NCBI GenBank assembly: GCA_016926175.1
Contig: JAFGPA010000024.1
Span: 279-64,278 of the forward strand
DNA: 64,000 nucleotides
From: Candidatus Micrarchaeota archaeon
GTDB taxonomy: Archaea > Micrarchaeota > Micrarchaeia > Anstonellales > Bilamarchaeaceae
Reading direction: 5' to 3'
The notes beneath the pieces were generated by a model. It was not told where the DNA came from. It searched no databases and worked only from the letters and a program-made list of their open reading frames with translations. The translations under genes and the position numbers were made by a program. Shown here one piece after another: positions 9,862 to 20,719 of this stretch; positions within the stretch are counted from its first letter, which is position 1, and every line of letters begins with the position of its first letter.

Positions 9862-11713
9862 CGTCCACCTTTTCATATTCCCCTTCGACTACATTATCGT
9901 CTTTTTTCTTTATCTGCTCATACCCGGGATCTCCGCTTTCAGGAGGAGGGGCTCCTGTTCCTGGCCCTGCCTGCTGATAAGCCGAAGCACCGGCTTCCGA
10001 CAGCGCATTTTTGAGGCCTTCAGTTTCCTGCTTTATCCTTGGAACCTCTTTGCCTGTCAAAGCGTCCTGCAGATTTTTCTTTGCTGTTTCTATCTTGTCA
10101 AACTGATCCTTTGAAAGCTTTTCTTTAAGCTCTTTTACTGTTTTTTCTGCAAGATAGATCATTGACTCTGCATCATTCTTTGCCTGGGCGAGATCAAGTT
10201 CCTGCCTGTCCTTTTCTGCATATTTTTCCGCATCTTCCATCTTATTTTTGATCTCATCATCGCTCATTTTCAATGGCGAAGTTACTCTCATGCTTTGTTC
10301 CTTTCCGCTTGCCTTGTCCTTTGCACTTACGTGAAGGATTCCATTTGCATCAATATCAAAAGTAACTTCCACCTGCGGCACTCCTCTTGGTGCCGGAGGC
10401 AATCCAACCAGGGTAAATTTACCAAGAGATACGTTGTCCTTTGCCATTGGTCTTTCTCCCTGCAGAATATGTATGTCGACAGCAGTCTGCATGTCTGCAG
10501 CCGTTGAAAATACCTGGCTTTTCTTTGTGGGTATGGTGGTATTTCTTTCAATTAATTTTGTAAATACCCCTCCAAGCGTTTCAAGGCCAAGCGAGAGCGG
10601 GGTAACATCAAGAAGCAGGATGTCCTTTACCTCGCCTGAAAGAACCCCTCCCTGTATGGCAGCGCCCATTGCAACACATTCCATAGGATCAATTCCGCGC
10701 TCGACTTTTTTGCTGATTGTATCCTCAACAAATTTCTGTACGATAGGCATTCTTGTGGGGCCGCCGACCAGAATAATCCTGTCGATGTTCGAAGGATTAA
10801 GTTTTGCATCCTTCAGAGCCTGTTCTATCGGTCCTCTGCATCTGTCAATAACGGGCCTTACCAGATCCTCAAGTTTTGCCCTTGTAAGTGTATGCTGGAA
10901 ATGCTTTGGCTGATTGTTTACAGATGCCAAAAACGGCAGATTGACTGCAGTTTCAAGTGTTGTAGACAATTCTATCTTTGCTTTTTCAGCGGCTTCCCTT
11001 ATCCTTTCCTTTGCCTGCATATCCTTTGTTATATCCACTTCGCTTTCCTTCCTGAACTGGTCAGCCAGATATTCTGAAAGGACCCTGTCCATGTCTGTTC
11101 CGCCAAGCTGCGTATCTCCGGAAGTTGATTTTACCTCAAAAACCCCTCCTCCGAAATCCATGATCGTTACATCAAGGGTTCCTCCGCCCAGGTCAAAGAC
11201 CAGGATTTTCTGTTCCTTGTCTGATTTGTCAATTCCATATGCAAGGCATGCCGCAGTCGGCTCGTTTACCAGCCTGACAACCTGAAGGCCTGCAATTTCT
11301 CCAGCATCCTTTGTTGCCTGCCTCTGGTTGTCATTGAAATATGCAGGGACTGTAATGACTGCCTTTTCCACTTTCTCCCCAAGGAATTCCTCTGCATCCT
11401 TTTTGATTTTCTGAAGAATGAATGCAGACAGTTCCTGTGGCCGGTATTCCTTTCCGTGTACCATGTATTTGTAATCAGAGCCCATTTTTCTCTTGAATGC
11501 TGACAACGTTCCCTCAGGATTTGTTACTGCCTGCCTTCTTGCAGGTTCGCCGACCAGCTTGTGGCTGTCCCGTGTAAATGCAACATAGCTTGGGAATGCC
11601 TTTCCGTATTGCGTTGCCCCTTCAGCGCTTGGGACTATCTTTGGCCTTCCTGCCTCCAAAAATGCAGCTGCTGAATTACTTGTTCCCAGATCAATACCAA
11701 TTATCTTACTCAT
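9851..11713 (-). CDS. dnaK: Chaperone DnaK (Hsp70)
   Basis: [45 protein letters not shown]. Confidence 0.99.
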   Translation of the reverse strand: MSKIIGIDLGTSNSAAAFLEAGRPKIVPSAEGATQYGKAFPSYVAFTRDSHKLVGEPARRQAVTNPEGTLSAFKRKMGSDYKYMVHGKEYRPQELSAFILQKIKKDAEEFLGEKVEKAVITVPAYFNDNQRQATKDAGEIAGLQVVRLVNEPTAACLAYGIDKSDKEQKILVFDLGGGTLDVTIMDFGGGVFEVKSTSGDTQLGGTDMDRVLSEYLADQFRKESEVDITKDMQAKERIREAAEKAKIELSTTLETAVNLPFLASVNNQPKHFQHTLTRAKLEDLVRPVIDRCRGPIEQALKDAKLNPSNIDRIILVGGPTRMPIVQKFVEDTISKKVERGIDPMECVAMGAAIQGGVLSGEVKDILLLDVTPLSLGLETLGGVFTKLIERNTTIPTKKSQVFSTAADMQTAVDIHILQGERPMAKDNVSLGKFTLVGLPPAPRGVPQVEVTFDIDANGILHVSAKDKASGKEQSMRVTSPLKMSDDEIKNKMEDAEKYAEKDRQELDLAQAKNDAESMIYLAEKTVKELKEKLSKDQFDKIETAKKNLQDALTGKEVPRIKQETEGLKNALSEAGASAYQQAGPGTGAPPPESGDPGYEQIKKKDDNVVEGEYEKVDDDK

Positions 11714-12249
11714 TTTTCATCACCTTTTTTTCCAACGACAACTTTTGCATGCCGCAGTACCCTGCCTCTCAATAAATATCCTTTCTGTATTATTTCCATA
11801 ATTCTTCCGTTTTCTCCATCTGCCTGCCTGACGGCCTCATGCCTGTGCGGATCGAATTCCTTATCTTTCATTTCTTCAACTTCCTCCTCTTTTAGTATGG
11901 CGATCATTTTGTCGTATATCATTTCCACTCCTTTTTTGAATTCCTTTCCCCCATCGTGTTTTAGTGCAATTTCAAATTCATCCATGATTGCAAGTATTTT
12001 CAGGATCAGGCTGGCATTTGATGTTTCCCTTATCCTTCCATGCTCCTTCTCCGCCCGTTTCTTGAAATTTTCGAAGTCTGCTGCCAGTCTTAACAGCCGT
12101 TCTTCAAGATCCTTAATCCTTTCCGGGCCCTCCAGTTCTTTTACCTCCTTATGTTCGATCTCATCAACTTTTTCAGGCTGTTTTATTTCAGGCACTTTGT
12201 TATGTTCTGGCAAATTCTTTTTCTTCTCAGTTTCCAGTTCCTCTGTCAT
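11710..12249 (-). CDS. grpE: Nucleotide exchange factor GrpE
   Basis: [37 protein letters not shown]. Confidence 0.96.
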   Translation of the reverse strand: MTEELETEKKKNLPEHNKVPEIKQPEKVDEIEHKEVKELEGPERIKDLEERLLRLAADFENFKKRAEKEHGRIRETSNASLILKILAIMDEFEIALKHDGGKEFKKGVEMIYDKMIAILKEEEVEEMKDKEFDPHRHEAVRQADGENGRIMEIIQKGYLLRGRVLRHAKVVVGKKGDEK

Positions 12250-12274
12250 AGCTTCACCTTAAAAAAAGAAAAAA

Positions 12275-12721
12275 TCATCTGATCTGGATTTTTTTCTTTT
12301 CTTCGTTTCTGTATGCTTTTTTCATTTCTATTTTAAGTATGCCGTTGCTGTATTCTGCATCAACAGCATCAGGATCAATATCATGCGGCAGCCGGAAAAC
12401 CCGCTTGTAGCTTGAATAGCTTCTTTCACAGTGATAATAATCCCTCTTCTTATCTTCTTTGATGTCCTTTCTCTCTGCGCTGATTTCAGCAGAATCCTTT
12501 GATATGCTGATTTTTATGTCGTCTTTATCAAGGCCGGGCAATTCTGCCGTCACTTTTATGGAATCCCCGTTATCTTCCACATCTGCGAGAGGAATTCTGG
12601 GTCCCCATTCAATAATTGACCTTTCCCCTCCTCTTTCAAAGAAAGAGGCAAACATTTCGTCCATTTCCTTTTGCATCCTCCTCATTTCATCAAAGGGGTC
12701 ATATTTTGTTGGCAATCCCAT
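12275..12721 (-). CDS. hsp20: Small heat shock protein (Hsp20)
   Basis: DPFDEMRRMQ, AELPGL.KDDI, ERSY..Y.R...LP, AEYSNGILKI. Confidence 0.95.
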   Translation of the reverse strand: MGLPTKYDPFDEMRRMQKEMDEMFASFFERGGERSIIEWGPRIPLADVEDNGDSIKVTAELPGLDKDDIKISISKDSAEISAERKDIKEDKKRDYYHCERSYSSYKRVFRLPHDIDPDAVDAEYSNGILKIEMKKAYRNEEKKKIQIR

Positions 12722-12824
12722 CTTATCACCTTATTTCCTTTAAATATTTATTATTTGTACATTTTTTTAACAATTTGTTTAATGTTTAGAAATGTTTTTA
12801 AATTTTAAGGTTTCATTACTGTTT

Positions 12825-13232
12825 ATGCAAAGAAGACCGTACCGGCAGATTGTTATCAGATATACCCATGTTCCAACAGAAATTGACGACAATGACACTG
12901 CACTGGACCAGATATATGAATCACTTGGCCTTGGCGATGAAAGGGACGACGTCGGCAAGCTTGTTTTTCGCGCAATAGTCAAATCCACAATAGCCGGCGA
13001 AGGAATCTCATCAAGGGACATCATGGAGCTTGGAACTGTGAGCCAGGCAGCTATAATATATCATCTTAATATTTTCCAGAGAGCCGGCCTTGTTGTGAAG
13101 GAAGGCAGAAGCTATTTCCTTCGTGCAAACAATCTTTCCAATACCCTTGAGGACATGGAAAGCGATATAAGAAGAAGATTTGAAAGACTGAAAAAAATAG
13201 CAAAAAAAATAGATGATGCCTATTCGCCATAA
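12825..13232 (+). CDS. Winged-helix transcription regulator, divergent from the chaperone operon
   Basis: ISSRDIMELGTVSQAAIIYHLNIFQRAGLVVKEGRSYFL HTH and wing; ATG 12825. Confidence 0.75.
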   Translation: MQRRPYRQIVIRYTHVPTEIDDNDTALDQIYESLGLGDERDDVGKLVFRAIVKSTIAGEGISSRDIMELGTVSQAAIIYHLNIFQRAGLVVKEGRSYFLRANNLSNTLEDMESDIRRRFERLKKIAKKIDDAYSP

Positions 13233-14125
13233 GCCAGAACGATATTGTAAATCCTGTCATAAGAGAGCGGTTCCCAGCTTGTTTCTGTAACTTCTCCGGA
13301 TTTCATATCAACATCCAGCCTCATTTTTCTTGTATAGTCGTTTCCCGGCCTGTCCCGGTTTATTGGCGTATGGTGTATGGTAACAGTGTCGCTGGTTATT
13401 GCCCGTTCTTCTGTCTGATCAACCCTCATTACCACCCAGTATTTTCCTGGACTGAGCGTTGCCTTTTTATCGAGGTTGAACCTGATCCAGTTTGCAGAAA
13501 GGGTGGTATCCTTTATAGGAAGGATTTTCTGGGCAATGACATCTCCTGGCTTTCCGGAGCTGTCCTTTCTGATTTCCATTATTACTGTTGAATCGGGCAG
13601 AGTATTGGGATTCTGCCTCATCATGAAAACCCTTACCTGTCCTACCTCAACGGAATTTTGAATATCAAATTCCATTGCAAGCCATTCCTTGTATGAAATG
13701 GTGTCGTAGTTTGTTCCAAGGGTGTCGGTATGCCCAAGAGCAGTTACCTCCCAGTCCCTGGAATATATTGTTTCTCCGTCAAGTTTGACAGTAACCTTGC
13801 GGGAACCCTCCGATATGCCGACAACATTGAACTTCACAGGCGTGGCTGCATTTGTCTCAACCATGGCGGTCTGAAGGACTTTGCCGTCAATGCCAAGAGC
13901 AAGTTCACTGCCTCCTGCGCAGGTTACTGTGACAACAAGATCACTGGACTTCGAAAATGTTCCGTCATTAATTTGCGAGAATGAATAATCCATTGTGCAT
14001 TCATCCTGCGGCCCTTCAATCTTAGGTATTCCAATTGACGGTCCGGTGCTTTCACCAGGGGTCACTTCTCCTCCTGTACAGCCAAACATAAGAATGGCTG
14101 TTAAAACCAATAATAAGATCCTCAT
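13220..14125 (-). CDS. Surface lipoprotein with Ig-like and choice-of-anchor-R-like domains
   Basis: MFGC lipobox; EIRKDSSGKPG...WIRF...LSPGKYWVV pattern. Confidence 0.7.
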   Translation of the reverse strand: MRILLLVLTAILMFGCTGGEVTPGESTGPSIGIPKIEGPQDECTMDYSFSQINDGTFSKSSDLVVTVTCAGGSELALGIDGKVLQTAMVETNAATPVKFNVVGISEGSRKVTVKLDGETIYSRDWEVTALGHTDTLGTNYDTISYKEWLAMEFDIQNSVEVGQVRVFMMRQNPNTLPDSTVIMEIRKDSSGKPGDVIAQKILPIKDTTLSANWIRFNLDKKATLSPGKYWVVMRVDQTEERAITSDTVTIHHTPINRDRPGNDYTRKMRLDVDMKSGEVTETSWEPLSYDRIYNIVLAYGE

Positions 14126-14157
14126 AATGCCTCACAAGGCTAATAGAAATCGAAATA

Positions 14158-14442
14158 TTAATATCTTGATGCTATTTCCTTTACTCCTTCAATCCATCCT
14201 TTCACGTAAGATTCCCATTCCAATGGACTTTCACTGGAAAGAATCATGAAGTGAGTTTCTTCATTGTTTGGAAGTACTGCTTCAATTTCCCGAAGGTTCA
14301 GCTGCCCCCATTCCCTCATTGTGAAATAATCAGCATCTTCCGAAGCCCAGATCCTCCCCCTTTCCAGGCCAATCAAATAAGACTTTTTGTCGCCGTTTGC
14401 ATTTATGCCGAGCAACCTGTTAATAATCTCCATTTGATCCAC
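14158..14442 (-). CDS. Hypothetical protein
   Basis: 94-aa ORF filling the gap, TTTAAATA box upstream; start may be ATG 14433. Confidence 0.65.
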   Translation of the reverse strand: MDQMEIINRLLGINANGDKKSYLIGLERGRIWASEDADYFTMREWGQLNLREIEAVLPNNEETHFMILSSESPLEWESYVKGWIEGVKEIASRY

Positions 14443-14513
14443 CGGTTAAATTAGTGCATTTAAAATATTTAAATGTATCTATTTGTGGTCAATCAGGTAT
14501 TATATGGAATAAG

Positions 14514-14585
14514 CGCCTTGGCCGGGGTTCGAACCCGGGTCGCGAGAGTGACAGTCTCGTATGCTAACCACTACACTACCAAGGC
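14514..14585 (-). tRNA. tRNA-Asp(GTC)
   Basis: Cloverleaf with GCCTTGG/CCAAGGC acceptor, CGAGA-CTGTCAC-TCTCG anticodon arm, GGTTCGAACC T arm; no encoded CCA. Confidence 0.97.
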
Positions 14586-14628
14586 AAAAATAGCGTATCC
14601 AATTAAACTGAATTAATTTTAAAAACTA

Positions 14629-14889
14629 TCAGGCTGTCTTTTTTTCAGGCCCGGGCTTGAACCTGTCCCATTTTGCTGAAGAAAGCTCTTCTGCTATTAT
14701 GGAACCCACGCTCTTGTCCATGCACAGTCTCTTTGTCTCTTCCATTTCCTGAAGCAGATCCCTTATCTCCTGGCCAAGCTTTTCCCTTTGCTTCTGGAGT
14801 GAATCCTGCCCATATCCCATAGGCTCAGCTGGCTTTTTCCAGCGTACTCCGCTTTGCCTGTCTGCTCTTTTTACAGCTGATCCGCTCAT
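14629..14889 (-). CDS. Hypothetical small coiled-coil protein
   Basis: ORF from ATG 14889 with a TATA-like sequence upstream; no recognised motif. Confidence 0.55.
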   Translation of the reverse strand: MSGSAVKRADRQSGVRWKKPAEPMGYGQDSLQKQREKLGQEIRDLLQEMEETKRLCMDKSVGSIIAEELSSAKWDRFKPGPEKKTA

Positions 14890-14968
14890 TATATCCCACT
14901 GAAACAATATCTTTTCCAACCTAAAATATATATTGCTTTCTGACAAATCCCAAAGTTAATAAATTATT

Positions 14969-14986
14969 TGCTAATAATTATTAGCA
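14969..14986. promoter_or_regulatory. Perfect 18-bp palindrome, putative metal-regulator operator
   Basis: TGCTAATAATTATTAGCA, ending on the A of the ZIP start codon. Confidence 0.7.
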
Positions 14987-15711
14987 TGGCAGGCGAATTT
15001 CTGTGGATCATCGGTTCGGCAATTCTTGACTCGCTTCTGGGTTTTGTAGGGGTTTTCTCTCTATGGCTCAGTAAGAAAAATGCAGATAAGATTGCACATG
15101 TTCTGATGGCATTTGCAGCAGGCACCCTTCTTGGAGGAGCGTTCCTGCATCTTTTGCCTGAATCCATGGAACAATCAGACCCTGAAAGCGTCCTTTTGTT
15201 TGCCATGGCAGGCTTTATCCTGTTTATATTCCTCGAAGCATATGTCCACTGGCACCACTGCAAGAAATGCGATATTCATCCGTTTTCATATGTAATGCTT
15301 GCCGGGGATGCTCTTCATAATTTCCTTGGCGGCCTTGTACTTGCAGCCAGTTTCCTGGTGAGCATTCCTTTGGGCATTGCAACTATAATTGCGATAATTG
15401 CCCATGAACTGCCCCAGCAGCTTGGCATATTTGGCGTTCTTCTTAAAGGGGGGTTATCAAGAAACAAGGCCATTATCTACAGTTTCCTTGCACAGTCTAC
15501 AATTATCCTTGGTGCCCTGGCCGGATATGTCCTGACAGGTATGATCGAAGGAATCTCAATGTTCCTTGTTCCTTTTGCCGCAGGAAATTTCATCTATATA
15601 GCTGCCTCTGACCTGATTCCTGAAATGCACAAGTCCAAAGGGCGGGAAAAAATAATCAGCCTGTTCGTGTTTTTCCTTGGTCTGGCATTCATGTGGCTGT
15701 TAAAATTCTGA
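14986..15711 (+). CDS. ZIP family metal (zinc) transporter
   Basis: AFAAGTLLG.AFLHLLPE, HWHHC loop, GDALHNF, HELPQ, FIYIAASDLIPE. Confidence 0.93.
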   Translation: MAGEFLWIIGSAILDSLLGFVGVFSLWLSKKNADKIAHVLMAFAAGTLLGGAFLHLLPESMEQSDPESVLLFAMAGFILFIFLEAYVHWHHCKKCDIHPFSYVMLAGDALHNFLGGLVLAASFLVSIPLGIATIIAIIAHELPQQLGIFGVLLKGGLSRNKAIIYSFLAQSTIILGALAGYVLTGMIEGISMFLVPFAAGNFIYIAASDLIPEMHKSKGREKIISLFVFFLGLAFMWLLKF

Positions 15712-15765
15712 ATGCAACTAAAGCTTTTTAAGAAGGTTTGGCTTTATTTAGTAACTGGTTCTTGA

Positions 15766-17310
15766 ATGAAAATAAAACGTGCACTTATCAGTGTTTATAA
15801 TAAGGAAGGAATAGTTGAATTGGCCCGGGCGCTTGCAGGAGTAGAAATACTGTCAAGCGGAGGCACTGCCAGGCTTCTCAGGGAAAATAAAATACCGGTT
15901 ATAGACGTTTCTGAATATACCGGCTCTTCTGAAATGATGGATGGGAGGGTAAAAACCCTGCATCCAAAAATACACGGAGGGATCCTTGCAGACCGTTCCA
16001 ATCCCAGGCACGCAGAAGAAGCAGAAAAAAACAACATCAAATTGATTGATCTTGTTGTCATCAATCTTTATCCGTTTGAGCAGACCATAAATTCAGGTGC
16101 AGGCCTGGCAGAAATTATTGAGCAGATAGATATTGGAGGGCCTGCAATTGTCCGGGGGGCCGCCAAAAATTACAATCACGTTGCAGTTGTCTGCAGGCCG
16201 GATGACTATCAGAAAATCATTGATGAATTTAAGGCTGCCGGAAAAATTTCACAAAAAACAAGAGAGGAACTTGCAATGACTGCCTGGGAGCAGATCTCCC
16301 ATTATGACGCTGTCATTGAAGAATATTTCCGGACTGTTTTTTCAAAGAACGGCTACCCGGATTATCTCAACATTACCTTCAGAAAAAAGCAGGATCTCCG
16401 CTATGGGGAAAACCCACACCAGACTGCGGCTTTCTATATGGATGACTATTACCAGGAACCGTCCATAACTACCGCCAGACAGCTCCAGGGGAAACTGCTG
16501 TCCTACAACAATATCCTGGACGGGAATTCTGCACTGGAACTTCTGAAGGAGTTTGATGAAGAGCCTACTGCAGTAGTTGTAAAACACAATAACCCTTCCG
16601 GAGTCGCATCCCACGAAAGCATCACTGAAGCATACCGGCTGGCAAGATCTGTTGATCCTGAAGCAGCTTTTGGAGGGGTAACTGCAGTGAACCGGAACGT
16701 TGACGAATTCCTTGCAGAGGAAATTGCATCGAAATTCCTTGAGATCGTCATTGCTCCATCCTATTCTGAAAAAGCCCTGAAGATATTATCAAAAAAGAAA
16801 AATCTAAGGGTTCTGACCATTGAAGGAATAAACAGAAAACGTTCTCCATACAGGAAATACCGCTCAGTTGTCGGCGGGCTGCTTGTACAGGATGCAAATG
16901 TAATACTTCATGACAACAAATTTAATGTTGTTACCAGAAGAAAACCTACTGAAGACGAAATAAAAGCAATGAAATATGCCTGGAAAGTGTGCAAATACGT
17001 CAAATCAAATTCCATTGTTTACGCCCGGCCGACACGCGTTGTTGGAATCGGCGCAGGCCAGATGAAAAGGGTGGATGCTGCCCGCCTTGGGGCCATGATA
17101 GCAAGCGACTTTGGATTTGACCTTAAAGGCTGTGCAATGGCATCCGATGCATTTTTCCCTTTCAGGGACGGAATTGATGCTGCTGCGGCAAAAGGCATCA
17201 CCACAGTGATCCAGCCTGGAGGCTCCATACGCGATGCAGAAGTTATTGCTGCCGCAGATGAGCACAACCTGGCAATGGTATTCACAGGAGTGAGGCATTT
17301 CAGGCATTAG
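15766..17310 (+). CDS. purH: Bifunctional AICAR transformylase / IMP cyclohydrolase
   Basis: RALISV, GRVKTLHP, IDIGGP, LRYGENPHQ, KHNNP, ASDAFFPFRD, RHFRH. Confidence 0.98.
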   Translation: MKIKRALISVYNKEGIVELARALAGVEILSSGGTARLLRENKIPVIDVSEYTGSSEMMDGRVKTLHPKIHGGILADRSNPRHAEEAEKNNIKLIDLVVINLYPFEQTINSGAGLAEIIEQIDIGGPAIVRGAAKNYNHVAVVCRPDDYQKIIDEFKAAGKISQKTREELAMTAWEQISHYDAVIEEYFRTVFSKNGYPDYLNITFRKKQDLRYGENPHQTAAFYMDDYYQEPSITTARQLQGKLLSYNNILDGNSALELLKEFDEEPTAVVVKHNNPSGVASHESITEAYRLARSVDPEAAFGGVTAVNRNVDEFLAEEIASKFLEIVIAPSYSEKALKILSKKKNLRVLTIEGINRKRSPYRKYRSVVGGLLVQDANVILHDNKFNVVTRRKPTEDEIKAMKYAWKVCKYVKSNSIVYARPTRVVGIGAGQMKRVDAARLGAMIASDFGFDLKGCAMASDAFFPFRDGIDAAAAKGITTVIQPGGSIRDAEVIAAADEHNLAMVFTGVRHFRH

Positions 17311-17369
17311 GTTTTCTATTTTTTCTGGCTAAGGTAACTTATTTAAACACTAATTAACAATATTTTGCC

Positions 17370-18965
17370 ATGGCGGGGGCTATTTCTTGTGTTGAGGGGA
17401 AGCGGATTAAGGGGAATCATGAAACGATTAGGCGCACTGGAAGACGATTTGCTCCATATCTTCTGGCTGGAGGCATTTTATCCTGCGCCTGCGCATTATC
17501 CAGCATCCGTCCAGATGACTTATCAACGAAGATCAATGACTGCCAAAAACATATGGATGAAAAATGGATTTTATCCCACTTTCAGGAAATCGCAATGGAT
17601 CCAAATACAAAAAAAGAAACAAGGGATTTGATCATTGAGCGGCATATGGGCGAGCTTAAAGGAAGCTTCCCTAATCCGGAAAAATATAAAAAAATATTCG
17701 ACGCGCTTTTGGAGATTGGAAAAAAATATTCAAAAGATAAAATACATGCATTTCTTTCAAAAAGCATTTCAGAACTCCGGGTCCCTCCCTCTTCGGCAGA
17801 AGAGCAGTCTATATGCGAAATCGTTTTTCAAGATGTTGTAATATATCCTGAAAAATACAGCGATGCCGCAATAAAAAAGATATTCGACTACCTTGCGCAT
17901 GAAAGAAAATCAGAAGCATATCAAGATGACTGGGTTTTGTCTGTTGTCAAAGACAAAAAGCGGGATGTGATATTCAGAATTGATTTAATGGAGAGTTATT
18001 TTACATATGTTCCTATAGAGGAGGATTCCACACGCGAACGCAACATCTCGCTTCCTTTCTCTGCTGTGAATCAAAGGCGTTTCATTCACTCGATTATTTT
18101 AGACAGTTCTTTGGAGAAATCATTAAGAGAACGGGCACTTTGGCTCTTAATACAACGATTTTCTGTTCCCTTTCCAGAAAATCCGGTTTACGCTCTTGCA
18201 CTGGATGAAGCGCTTGATCCTGATCTCAGGTTAAGAATTGGCAAGCATATGCATTTCCAGATGACTGAGTTGGGTATACGAAACAGGCAAGCAGTATATC
18301 ATAATGCCTACCTGCTTGCAACAAGCAGGTTCCCGGAAATAACACCGGAATTCGCCGTTGATCTTCTTGAGCATATTCCGCTGGGCCGAGGGCACGTTGA
18401 AAAGCAGAGTTCTTATGCCGAGGCTCTTGTAGAAATTGCAGTATCCACCGAGGATCCGAAGCTTGCCTTAAGAATCTTAGACATAATTTTTTCAAAGCGA
18501 TCACACGGTTATCTGCATGAGGACCCAGCTAACCAGCTGTTGTTTAGAATAATTGCAAAGAAGCCCGAACTGGTTCCCCGGCTGATTGAAAAATTAAAAG
18601 AAACAGGAGCATTGAACTTTCACAACTATGTTATGGAAATTGCAAAAATCATTCCAAAAGAAAAAACCGGACCAGTGGTCGATTTATTTATTGAAGCGTT
18701 AAATTCAAAGGATAATAACACAGTTAGTTCTGTTCTAACTCATATCCATGCCCTGATTCACAACAATCTGGTGGAAAGCAGTTCCCAGATAAGACTGCTG
18801 GAAGCCCTTGCAAAAGTTTGCCAAAATCGCGGGATCAACATGTCATGGCGGGAACATGCCGGTTGTACCATAGTTGAAGCATCAAATACGAGCTGGTTCA
18901 TTGGCTCCGTCAGAAAGCGGGCAAAAGAGCTTGCAAGGCAAATTCCGTTTCGTTTAGAATGCTGA
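17370..18965 (+). CDS. Hypothetical alpha-helical (HEAT-like) protein with an N-terminal hydrophobic segment
   Basis: 531-aa ORF, TTTAAA box about 22 nt upstream, amphipathic helical pattern. Confidence 0.6.
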   Translation: MAGAISCVEGKRIKGNHETIRRTGRRFAPYLLAGGILSCACALSSIRPDDLSTKINDCQKHMDEKWILSHFQEIAMDPNTKKETRDLIIERHMGELKGSFPNPEKYKKIFDALLEIGKKYSKDKIHAFLSKSISELRVPPSSAEEQSICEIVFQDVVIYPEKYSDAAIKKIFDYLAHERKSEAYQDDWVLSVVKDKKRDVIFRIDLMESYFTYVPIEEDSTRERNISLPFSAVNQRRFIHSIILDSSLEKSLRERALWLLIQRFSVPFPENPVYALALDEALDPDLRLRIGKHMHFQMTELGIRNRQAVYHNAYLLATSRFPEITPEFAVDLLEHIPLGRGHVEKQSSYAEALVEIAVSTEDPKLALRILDIIFSKRSHGYLHEDPANQLLFRIIAKKPELVPRLIEKLKETGALNFHNYVMEIAKIIPKEKTGPVVDLFIEALNSKDNNTVSSVLTHIHALIHNNLVESSSQIRLLEALAKVCQNRGINMSWREHAGCTIVEASNTSWFIGSVRKRAKELARQIPFRLEC

Positions 18966-19055
18966 TGCCTTGGTTTCTTTTTTCTGCCTGACATTTCAGG
19001 TACTGTGTTTGGCATCCTGCATCTTTTTAAATTGTTTTATTTTATGGTATTCTAT

Positions 19056-19343
19056 ATGTCTTCAAAATATCGTGCACCCTCACTGATACGTTCAGTATTC
19101 GATCTGCCTGCATCAGTAGTGCAGAAAAAATACGGTCTCCGGACCCGGCGCTTTGCCACTGCGGTCCGTGAATGGGTGAAATTCCATTCCAGGCCCTATG
19201 ATGTGCCGCCTGTTGTCAGAAATGCAATCAAAGAGTCAATGATTAAAGCTGAGATTGGTTCAGGTAAGCATTCTTTGGAAGAGGCGGCTGCAAGGCAGCA
19301 GGAATTTTTTGAAAAACTCAGGCGGATGAAAGAAGGGAAATGA
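19056..19343 (+). CDS. Hypothetical protein
   Basis: ATG 19056 about 25 nt after a TTTTTAAA box. Confidence 0.6.
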   Translation: MSSKYRAPSLIRSVFDLPASVVQKKYGLRTRRFATAVREWVKFHSRPYDVPPVVRNAIKESMIKAEIGSGKHSLEEAAARQQEFFEKLRRMKEGK

Positions 19344-19453
19344 AACTACATTCACAAGTTTTTCCTGCTTTAGCCGCGGATTATTTTCTATAAAAACACT
19401 AACTTCCGTATTTTGCAACACTTTTTAAATCTTTTCCTTCATATTAACTTAGT

Positions 19454-19804
19454 ATGAGACATATCACCAGCTCCAGGCCCCAAAATCCAAAGGCAGGAAA
19501 AATGGAACCTCTGTCAGAAAGTGTAAGCAAAAACTACATGGACGTGGATTCCAGGGGCTATGTTGTTGTGAACTATGAAGGTTATACCCAGGTTCTTGGC
19601 AAGTTTGTGGAATTTATAGAAACAAAATGCATAGATCAGCTTGACAAACTTCCAAAGGAACTCCGTAACCCGGATACTTTTATGTCCTGCTATGCAAGAA
19701 ATAAAAGCATTGAAAGCGGGAAAAAAATAGGAGCCAAAAGATTTGTGGACCATAAAGAATCACTCAGCGGTTCGCTTTATGTGGTCTATGAAGAAGTCTC
19801 ATAA
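19454..19804 (+). CDS. Hypothetical protein
   Basis: 116-aa ORF with a TTTTTAAA box upstream. Confidence 0.6.
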   Translation: MRHITSSRPQNPKAGKMEPLSESVSKNYMDVDSRGYVVVNYEGYTQVLGKFVEFIETKCIDQLDKLPKELRNPDTFMSCYARNKSIESGKKIGAKRFVDHKESLSGSLYVVYEEVS

Positions 19805-20719
19805 CTGTTTTGCATATTTTTCTGCAAGCAGAATATATTTGCCAATCATTTTTCTAGGCTCATGTCCGGGGTGCTGGGAGTAGTCTATGGCTGCTACCTT
19901 TGCCCTGACATTTGCCCTATAGCATTTGTAGAGGTTCAGCAATGGCCTCAGCTCCAGGTCTCCTGTCTTATTTACATATTCTTCAACAAATGCCCTTGAC
20001 AAATCCTCCCTTCCAAAAGCATCCAGGTCCATTGCCATGAATGCGATTTCAGATGCCACATCTACGCATCTGAATTGGCGGCTGAATTCTATTCCGTCAA
20101 TTATCCGAATACCATTGACGATGAAAATATTTCCTGAATGCAGGTCGCCATGGCAGTCTTTTACCTTGCCTTCCATTGCCCTTCTGACCATGAGTTCCCT
20201 GTTTTTTTCAATGAATATCCGGCATTTTTCAAGAACAGGATCCACTTTTTCCCCCAGGCCTGATGCACTCTCAATCGTTTTTTTGTAATTTTCCAGGTCC
20301 TTTATCTGGTTCCAGACAATTTCAGGAGTATACCCTCCGGCAGATTCTATTTTTCCATGAAACCCGGCAACAATTTCAGCTATCTTTCTTACATGCCTTT
20401 CGGTTATCTTTCCTTCCGAGAGCATATTGTCCATCTTTTTTTTATTGTCAAGCCTCTTCATTTTCACTGCATATTCAACAGGTTTCCCTTCTTTTTCCAG
20501 TCCCTGTTCTGTTATTGAAACGACGCCCAGGTATATGTCAGGAGATAATCTTCGGTTCAGCCTTACTTCCTCCTCGCAGAAAAATTTCCTCTTTTTTAAA
20601 GTTGAAAAATCAAGAAAAGTAAGCCTGACTGGTTTTTTGATCTTATAGGCGTATTCCCCGAGCAGAATCCAGGATATGTGCGTTTCAATAACTTCCATCC
20701 CGAATTTCTCAATGTCCAT
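19799..20719 (-). CDS. Aminoglycoside phosphotransferase-like protein (COG2187 type)
   Basis: IETHISW, AYKIKKPV...FLDFST, CHGDLH.GNI, D.IEF...FR..D. Confidence 0.88.
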   Translation of the reverse strand: MDIEKFGMEVIETHISWILLGEYAYKIKKPVRLTFLDFSTLKKRKFFCEEEVRLNRRLSPDIYLGVVSITEQGLEKEGKPVEYAVKMKRLDNKKKMDNMLSEGKITERHVRKIAEIVAGFHGKIESAGGYTPEIVWNQIKDLENYKKTIESASGLGEKVDPVLEKCRIFIEKNRELMVRRAMEGKVKDCHGDLHSGNIFIVNGIRIIDGIEFSRQFRCVDVASEIAFMAMDLDAFGREDLSRAFVEEYVNKTGDLELRPLLNLYKCYRANVRAKVAAIDYSQHPGHEPRKMIGKYILLAEKYAKQL

